A stretch of 63,498 nucleotides of DNA, the filler included, from Guillardia theta CCMP2712 (Eukaryota > Protista > Cryptophyta): NCBI RefSeq assembly GCF_000315625.1. It is 3 parts of 3 records of this genome, joined end to end, with 100 filler letters (N's around TTAATTAATTAA, not from the genome) between each part and the next. Parts side by side here need not be neighbours in the genome. Positions count along the whole stretch, not along the records: positions 48,340 to 63,498 come from NW_005434659.1; 2 more parts are not named here. One strand, written 5' to 3'. The translations under genes were made by a program, and so were the position numbers. Under the pieces are notes generated by a model. The model was not told where the DNA came from, ran no database searches, and saw only the letters and a program-made list of their open reading frames with translations. This document shows positions 57,801-63,498 of this stretch, in pieces (within the stretch, counting starts at the first letter, position 1; each line of letters opens with the position of its first letter).

Positions 57801-60800
57801 GATAAAACAACATGGGAGATAGCAGGATACCGTGATCTCACGGATCATCTCCCAATGCAGAAGGTTAGAGAGCTAGAGGACGCGGACCATACACGATTCT
57901 TCTTCAGCGTCAACGCATGCACGAAACAAGGGACCTGCTCAAAATGCTCAAACATCGGATGTATGCTCCCCTTGGCTGACTCAAGCGACGAGACCATCGG
58001 AGGGGGAGGGATGACCCCGTACTGCACAAAATGTAAGTCGTTCACAACCGTGGCCCCAAGACGGATCACACCGCCTGAGGGGGTGCAGCTTTCAAGGAGA
58101 CAACAACAGGAAATCACCAGACCCCTGGCACCGGGAGAGATTGATGTCTGGCTCGCCTCGGCGCCGAGACGAAAGGCTGCAGGACTTGACCTCATTTCGA
58201 ACGAAGTGCTGCGGGCGCTGCCACCAGCATGCCGAGAGGAAGTTGGCAAGTTAGTCAATGCAGCCCTAGAAGGCAAAGCTGAGGTTCTCAACAAGACAGC
58301 GAGAGTACGCCTCCTGCCAAAAAATCAATTCTGTCACATTCTCGAAAACATGCGGCCAATATGCGTCATGTCAACGCTTACTCGGCTAGTTCAGGCAATC
58401 CTGGCGCATCGTCTGAGTAAGACAGTAGAAGCAAATAACGTCCTCACAAACTTCCAGGAGGGGTTCCGTCCAGGCAGAAGCACAAGTCGGCAGGCTCATC
58501 GACTGATCTCGATCGTAGAAGAAGCAGAAGAGGCCAAAACGTCCCTCATTCTCTTGTACCTGGACTTTGCGAACTTCTTTAACAATGTGGCGATCGAGGT
58601 GGTCGAGCAGGCAATGAACAGCCTAGGCTTCCATCCTGAAGACATTAGAACTGTGATAGCCTGCAACAGTGGAGTCGAACTGCAAATACAAACAAACGAG
58701 TTCAACACAGGGAAAATACCTCTAATGATCGGGCTGCCACAAGGTGGAGCAAGTAGCCCACAACTGGCCAACTTGGTGCTATGCATCCTCTCTAGGCAAT
58801 TGGACAAGTGCAGCACAGGAACAACAAACAACCTGTCCTTCGCCGATGACATGGTACTCATCGCACACACGATGAAAGAAATGCGAGAGTTGGTAGCAGT
58901 GGTGGATTCCTTCTGCAAATGGTCAGGACTGCAAATCAACAATAAGAAATCAGAGATAACCAGCTTCGACTATGCTCGCAAGGGAGAGGTTCCTGGTGCG
59001 AACAAAATAACGGTCATGGGGGAACCTGTCGAAGCCCTACCGGCTACTAAACCGTTCAAATATCTCGGCTATCGCATCTCTCTGTGGAAGGAAGAAAGAC
59101 GAAGAATAAAGGGCTGCCCTTTCACTTGGGGAGAACGAGCATACGTCTTTGAAAAAACCAAAGAACTGATCAACAATATCAGCTCGTCGAGTTATACTCC
59201 TGCGCAAAAATTTTACCTGGTGAAAGTTGGAATTCTCAACGTCTTTCGCTACTCCGCAGTCATGACTGGATGGACTTGGCGAGACCTACAAGAATTAGAT
59301 CAACTGTGGATACGAGCTTTTAAAAAAGCGTTAGGCCTAAGCAAAAGTACAGGGAATGGTATATTCTACCTGCCAACAGAGAATGGAGGGCTGCAGGTCC
59401 CTCATCCTGCCCCAATCCTAGGGAGAGCAGCGTTACGATACATCGAACGAGAAGTGAATAGTAAGCATGGTGGAGACATCCAAGATAGACTGATATCTAA
59501 ACTCAGAAACTCGTGCGTAAAATGGGGGTGTCAAACAATGCTTGAGCTCCAAAGAGAAATGAATTTTCGAACTATGGAGCGGGATGTGGTGCGGGGACCC
59601 GAAGCTTTAGCAGTCTGGCTGGCGGAAAAACTAAACACGAGGATCAGCTGGGCCCATATAGAAGCAGGTCACCTACCTGGAAGCATCTCCCTCCTTCATA
59701 GGATGGAGGATATGGTGGCAAACTTGAACGACTGTAACAGACCACAGGGCTGGACGAACTTCCAAGCCTTATGGAGGCAACTCCCGAAACTCCAATTCTC
59801 CTTGCTACGCAATGTACGACCTATCGCGGACGAAGAACTGCATTTGCCAAGGAAGCTCTGGCCTTTCCCAAGGCAACGCGAGGAGGCGGAGGGGATCGTA
59901 ATGCAATTGCTACAAGAAAATGTCATCTGGGTAAGCAGCGTCAACAGAGCATCGGGAACAAAGAGGAAAAGACGAGAGGTTGTCACACAGGATAGTGCTA
60001 CAACCCGAAAACGAAAGTCACACCCGCAATCAGAGGAGGACCGGGAGGAGACATCCAAAAAGCATCGGGAAGCAGCAGAAGAGAGAAGGCCACACCCAGC
60101 TCATGCAAACACAAGATCCCTCATGGCTAAATTACTAGGCAATCTGGATCAACAGGAACACCTTATCCTAAAAGGTAAGGAAAGTTTCAAAATCAAGGGC
60201 GACATAGCAATCATGGACCGGCCCAGAAGTCACACGGGCCAAGAACAAGACATCAAAGAAGCCGAACCTTCCCTTCGCTCGGCACCATTTGCGAGGAAAG
60301 AAGATGAAGATGGCGCCAAGAACCCAGAGAAGACAGAGATCCTACTGCAAATTGCTAAGCATATCAGCAAAAAACACAACAGCTTACTCAACTCGCAAGC
60401 TTGGTGGGAACATCTAACCACCGCCATGGCTGAAATTCGAGATAGACAACAAGGCCTTCCGCTGTCGTACGAATTTCTAGAACACTTGGGGATGCTCGCT
60501 GAAACAAAACAGTTCAGCAACTGGCCCACCCTCTATCACCCGACAATCCAGGCCGCAACAGACAGCTTGCAGGACGACGAGGTTCGACGTGAAATAATAT
60601 GGATCGACCAACAGGAGCAATACCTCAGCCACGCCGCATGCGAGTCCGGAACAATCATGATCGGATGGAACCAAACTTGCTTCAGGAAAGAAATCCCTGA
60701 CGGCTTCATGCTAGTCGGTAAGGTACCTAAAGGATCAGAAATATGTTACGCTGCAAATTTCTGGAGGACGGGCGATCGGAGCCTCAGGAAGTCACAAGAC

Positions 60801-62327
60801 GACCTGATTGTCTACTGCAAAGAGTCGGAACAAGAGAGAATAATTGTCCAACTCACAGTACACCTGATCCCTGAACAGGAGGAGCTACAAGAATACCGAA
60901 GGAAGCAAAACGAAAACTATCAAGCCTCGGCCAAACAGGAGAAGAACAGGAACCACGTGTGGTCCGCAATCCACGGCGACATATCACGAAACAGGAAGGG
61001 TCGATCAATGTCGATAGGATACAGCACGCAAGAAAAGGAAGGAGAGCAGGAACGCGGAGCGATCAAGATACACGGAAAATGTAGCGTCATCAGAGCACAT
61101 ACCATCGCACTCTGCATACTCCTACAAGCGATTTGGGAACAAAGAGGCAAACAGAAAACAATCAGGAAAATCTTCGTCCTCTTTAAATCAACCCGAATGT
61201 ATCGCTTTCTTACGGACACCCTCAGATGGTCTACCATGCAGTATGAAGACGAGCTCGTATACGACTTGGCAGGAAGACTGCAGGAATGCCTGAGCAAATT
61301 TCAGCGGGAAGGCATTGAGATCAACCTCTCTCTGATCGCAGACCACACCGTAGTGCAAGAAGCTGCAGAGGAAGCTCGCAAGGGAAAATCCTCCTTCTCC
61401 TCCACGTGGGAAAGGGCCCTCATCGACAGCGACTTGGGATTCTGCATTGCAGACGAAGAGAACTTCAAGCCGGGGATGGATCGACTGAAAATATGGGATA
61501 AGATAATCAGAGAAGAACAACTGGAACTGAGGAGGAAAGAAGCCCCCCTTACCTTGACGGAAACCTTTCTCCTGGAACCACAAGTGGGCAGAAGGATCCT
61601 AGGTCGAGCCTTACAGAGGTGTCGAGGATCAGTACTTCGGACAGCCATCCAAGCTATTACCTGGTCAGCACCTACGAGGAAAAAGCTGTTCCAGTGGAAG
61701 AAGACGACATCCCCCTGTTGCCCATGGTGCGAAGGCAGGGAAGAAAGCTGGGTGCATATCCAGCTAGCCTGCAAAGAATTTGAGCTCATGATCGCTTTGG
61801 CACACAACAGAGTAATGGAGACAATCAAGGGATGCCTGACAGAAAGCTGGAAGAAGAAAAGTGTTGAACAGGAGAGTTGGTGGCAAACGCCAATCAACTC
61901 TATGACAGGGCTAGGACTGACTGCACCAGAGCACGGCAATCTTATACCAGATGGGCTCTGCTACTTCAGAGGGAGCAATCGCATTGTGCTGGTGGAGATA
62001 GCAAGAACTTCAGAGTTCACGGGCGAGGGAAGCAGTCTGGCAAACCTGAAAGCAAAGTTTCAGGAGAAAGAACAGAAATATGCAGCACTGCGGGCAGAGA
62101 TGACAAGTAGGAGCGACAACACAGAGGTCATACAAGCCACGTTCATTGCAGGAGTGAGAGGCAGTATTATGGAGCGGGAATGGACCACAAATTTCCGGAA
62201 CTTGCTCATGGACGAGGATATGATTGACAGAGCCATGACCAAGATAGTCATCCAGCTGCTCGAAGTGCAACACATGCTGTGGACCTCAAGGAGACGAGGA
62301 GACACGACCAACAGAGAACAAGCATGA
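54825..62327 (+). CDS. ORF2 polyprotein (2500 aa): Ulp1/C48 cysteine protease, APE endonuclease, Zn ribbon, reverse transcriptase, degenerate RNase H-like, CCHC finger, restriction-like endonuclease
   Basis: Ulp1: NHWIL..ILDPL..QQEDNFNCGVF. APE: QNVNG, LLQEV, AGDFNA, KLD, VDH. RT: KAAGLD, RPI, QEGFRPGRST, LDFANFFNNV, GLPQG..SP, FADD, GLQINNKKS, FKYLG, GGL. CCHC: CPWC..ESWVHIQLAC. RLE: AHNRV, IPDG..LVEIA, KEQKY, GVRG. Confidence 0.96.
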   Translation: MTGGGREEEGRSAGSRQGGEMETVSKETQHVDRTLYFFDWIEEIPWSDKRGDKEFGITALNNRGVRGFLCENMIEVTLNEMSKALQGGRAIHMVRKGRAHENQQTRNIIFLPRVISSLRDEASRWRVGNRFHLSSLRDEQHTFLFPTIIHSNHWILIALRYDRRCAYILDPLCEDRTSTTRDPRGIEGARNLATTGEHGAREMAELTIGVIEHIFDDQTNAPWQVKWCSAFQQEDNFNCGVFAILHTLLLCETNQDWLATMETRTRLRPPQEWLMQTRTQLIEALTHLEKMEETAQVILRSLPKEARVQENLTSTTKPEEEVQPNAIQRLMTSTTKLEEEVQPNAIQRLMTSTTKLEEEVQPNAIQRPMTSTTKLEEEVQPIAIQRQATSTKPQPRHLGEEMEENAHSGEKTSQIGKERRGKRQEEQRGNDWAQMHRKSSDPGFLISQNVNGCNHFVLKHILAYLIQSFQPGVVLLQEVRVSARDENKLRKMIKENWACYRIFLGPAKINAKKGKGDLRLVTLVHAALSPSPSPAAHQACNKEKKYRNRVFSIKVGTGKNSFLVTNLHQVPAENAIREQGELWAELLHLALGTRETHIIAGDFNAARTNTTTPMRRGYSPSSITAKADERFEKFLADLSAHRTLSYEQISETGTTFTFSTWYKQELIEAKLDAVLAIHPPSDEDNFPNISLQSWTVDGCVIGGAVDHRALVVQVHTKFTSEETQLIPRVEVHQMNSRQKKGETPKSRWVLDRDSWEEKKIEWAQQLDANIRDMRAKAQECNICEMLANSLPLKEVKIRKGGRRHSNKEQMDLKRSIRNLRTKLREASQQSPATGVPTEATLQRELRTKIERFRTICEEQNNEVFQEICQQQQTRLGTVGSRESQNAMGRKNDFIPKEPMISQDIKKKHPNSLRCHKGLALRLLAKIVDNADELINQIEATLSSEDTRGVRAFWSANQQLMIGIEREGTDDWIFLSLLPANTITKAIVALEESDKTTWEIAGYRDLTDHLPMQKVRELEDADHTRFFFSVNACTKQGTCSKCSNIGCMLPLADSSDETIGGGGMTPYCTKCKSFTTVAPRRITPPEGVQLSRRQQQEITRPLAPGEIDVWLASAPRRKAAGLDLISNEVLRALPPACREEVGKLVNAALEGKAEVLNKTARVRLLPKNQFCHILENMRPICVMSTLTRLVQAILAHRLSKTVEANNVLTNFQEGFRPGRSTSRQAHRLISIVEEAEEAKTSLILLYLDFANFFNNVAIEVVEQAMNSLGFHPEDIRTVIACNSGVELQIQTNEFNTGKIPLMIGLPQGGASSPQLANLVLCILSRQLDKCSTGTTNNLSFADDMVLIAHTMKEMRELVAVVDSFCKWSGLQINNKKSEITSFDYARKGEVPGANKITVMGEPVEALPATKPFKYLGYRISLWKEERRRIKGCPFTWGERAYVFEKTKELINNISSSSYTPAQKFYLVKVGILNVFRYSAVMTGWTWRDLQELDQLWIRAFKKALGLSKSTGNGIFYLPTENGGLQVPHPAPILGRAALRYIEREVNSKHGGDIQDRLISKLRNSCVKWGCQTMLELQREMNFRTMERDVVRGPEALAVWLAEKLNTRISWAHIEAGHLPGSISLLHRMEDMVANLNDCNRPQGWTNFQALWRQLPKLQFSLLRNVRPIADEELHLPRKLWPFPRQREEAEGIVMQLLQENVIWVSSVNRASGTKRKRREVVTQDSATTRKRKSHPQSEEDREETSKKHREAAEERRPHPAHANTRSLMAKLLGNLDQQEHLILKGKESFKIKGDIAIMDRPRSHTGQEQDIKEAEPSLRSAPFARKEDEDGAKNPEKTEILLQIAKHISKKHNSLLNSQAWWEHLTTAMAEIRDRQQGLPLSYEFLEHLGMLAETKQFSNWPTLYHPTIQAATDSLQDDEVRREIIWIDQQEQYLSHAACESGTIMIGWNQTCFRKEIPDGFMLVGKVPKGSEICYAANFWRTGDRSLRKSQDDLIVYCKESEQERIIVQLTVHLIPEQEELQEYRRKQNENYQASAKQEKNRNHVWSAIHGDISRNRKGRSMSIGYSTQEKEGEQERGAIKIHGKCSVIRAHTIALCILLQAIWEQRGKQKTIRKIFVLFKSTRMYRFLTDTLRWSTMQYEDELVYDLAGRLQECLSKFQREGIEINLSLIADHTVVQEAAEEARKGKSSFSSTWERALIDSDLGFCIADEENFKPGMDRLKIWDKIIREEQLELRRKEAPLTLTETFLLEPQVGRRILGRALQRCRGSVLRTAIQAITWSAPTRKKLFQWKKTTSPCCPWCEGREESWVHIQLACKEFELMIALAHNRVMETIKGCLTESWKKKSVEQESWWQTPINSMTGLGLTAPEHGNLIPDGLCYFRGSNRIVLVEIARTSEFTGEGSSLANLKAKFQEKEQKYAALRAEMTSRSDNTEVIQATFIAGVRGSIMEREWTTNFRNLLMDEDMIDRAMTKIVIQLLEVQHMLWTSRRRGDTTNREQA

Positions 62328-62849
62328 AGGATATAAGATGGTTGGAAGATGAAGGGGTAAATATCAACGAGGACAGATCACAAGGGAAGCCTCAAAAGCT
62401 AGCAACCAGGATCAGCATGGCTGGGAAGGGGCAAGACCGAAGGTGAAGCCTCATAGGCGAAAAACAACCAACATGGCAAGGAAGGGGCAAGGACACAGGA
62501 GACAGATGGATGACAACATGGCAAGGAAGGGGCAAGGACACAGGAGACAGATGGATGACGACAGGGGAAAGGTCAACGAGGACAGACTGACGGCAAAAAC
62601 TGGACAGGTGGACGGTTACACTGAAACCGTCAACCCGGGCCCGGAGGAGACATGGCCGCACCGGCGGCTCGGAACTGAGGACTATGGAAACAACAGAAAC
62701 AGCGAAACAACGATAGAACCCTGGATGCCACAACGGGCCATCCAAGAAGGGCCGCTCTGCCAAGCGTGAGAACCCATTTAGACTAGACTAGACCGGGAAG
62801 GTACCCGATGCGACTACTCTAGCATTCTAATAAAATCGACTACTACTAC

Positions 62850-62952
62850 TAGGGTTTAGGGTTTAGGGTTTAGGGTTTAGGGTTTAGGGTTTAGGGTTTA
62901 GGGTTTAGGGTTTAGGGTTTAGGGTTTAGGGTTTAGGGTTTAGGGTTTAGGG
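62850..62952 (+). repeat. Telomeric repeat (TTTAGGG)n, about 14.7 units
   Basis: Perfect array. Confidence 0.98.
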
Positions 62953-63498
62953 CGCCGTTATTTTCGGCAGCTTATTTCAGGCAGCGCCGGTTATTTCAGG
63001 CAGCGCCGGTTATTTCAGGCAGCGCCGGTTATTTCAGGCAGCGCCGGTTATTTCAGGCAGCGCCGATTCCAGGCAGCGCCGGTTATTCCAGGCAGCGCCG
63101 GTTATTCCAGGCAGCGCCGGTTATTCCAGGCAGCGCCGGTTATTCCAGGCAGCGCCGGTTATTCCAGGCAGCGCCGGTTATTCCAGGCAGCGCCGGTTAT
63201 TCCAGGCAGCGCCGGTTATTCCAGGCAGCGCCGGTTATTCCAGGCAGCGCCGGTTATTCCAGGCAGCGCCGGTTATTCCAGGCAGCGCCGGTTATTCCAG
63301 GCAGCGCCGGTTATTCCAGGCAGCGCCGGTTATTCCAGGCAGCGCCGGTTATTCCAGGCAGCGCCGGTTATTCCAGGCAGCGCCGGTTATTCCAGGCAGC
63401 GCCGGTTATTCCAGGCAGCGCCGGTTATTCCAGGCAGCGCCGGTTATTCCAGGCAGCGCCGGTTATTCCAGGCAGCGCCGGTTATGAAGAAGAAATTT
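62952..63498 (+). mobile_element. Element C: 5' tandem array (19-bp, about 27 copies) of the next telomeric retroelement, truncated by the window end
   Basis: One element A monomer (62952-62970), then TTATT(T/C)CAGGCAGCGCCGG repeats, then ATG. Same layout as A and B. Confidence 0.75.

Larger units (their letters stand above)
52042..62851 (+). mobile_element. Element B: full-length autonomous telomere-inserted non-LTR retrotransposon with dual endonucleases (Dualen/RandI-like architecture)
   Basis: TTTAGGG on both sides. 5' 20-bp array, intact ORF1 and ORF2, 3' UTR, AATAAA and (CTA)4 tail. Confidence 0.93.

Noticed and set aside
54825-62327. ORF2 as telomerase (TERT), a Penelope/Athena element or a group II intron RT
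   Set aside because: It has LINE-type RT motifs with APE, CCHC and RLE. No TERT T/CP motifs, GIY-YIG or intron structure is visible.

Overview
Eukaryotic nuclear DNA from an alga or protist. GC-rich exons, short GT-AG introns, CT-rich spacers and TTTAGGG telomere repeats suggest a cryptophyte such as Guillardia; the taxon is an inference. Two artificial N44-TTAATTAATTAA-N44 linkers (26741-26840, 48240-48339) split the window into three blocks that need not be physically adjacent. Block 1 (1-26740) is a roughly 13-kb tandem duplication of a cassette: ADP-ribosyltransferase-ankyrin gene, U-box/Tyr-kinase-like pseudokinase/armadillo gene and a small Cys-rich gene. A WD40-ankyrin-pseudokinase-RING gene follows it. 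Block 2 (26841-48239) holds six copies of a zinc-ribbon + CENP-B-N-like HTH gene with near-identical DNA cores, partly inside a roughly 10-kb degenerate inverted repeat, followed by ordinary intron-rich genes. Block 3 (48340-63498) is the highlight: a head-to-tail array of non-LTR retroelements inserted in (TTTAGGG)n. It contains a telomere-capped ORF1 fragment, an ORF1-only non-autonomous element, a 10.8-kb autonomous element, and the 5' end of a fourth element. The autonomous element has ORF1 plus a 2500-aa ORF2 with Ulp1 protease, APE endonuclease, RT, RNase H-like region, CCHC finger and restriction-like endonuclease. Each intact 5' end begins with a homogeneous 19-20-bp tandem array. The two complete elements share a 3' stem-loop/AATAAA signal and a trinucleotide tail fused to TAGGG. 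This resembles a HeT-A/TART-like pair built from a dual-endonuclease (Dualen-like) LINE.
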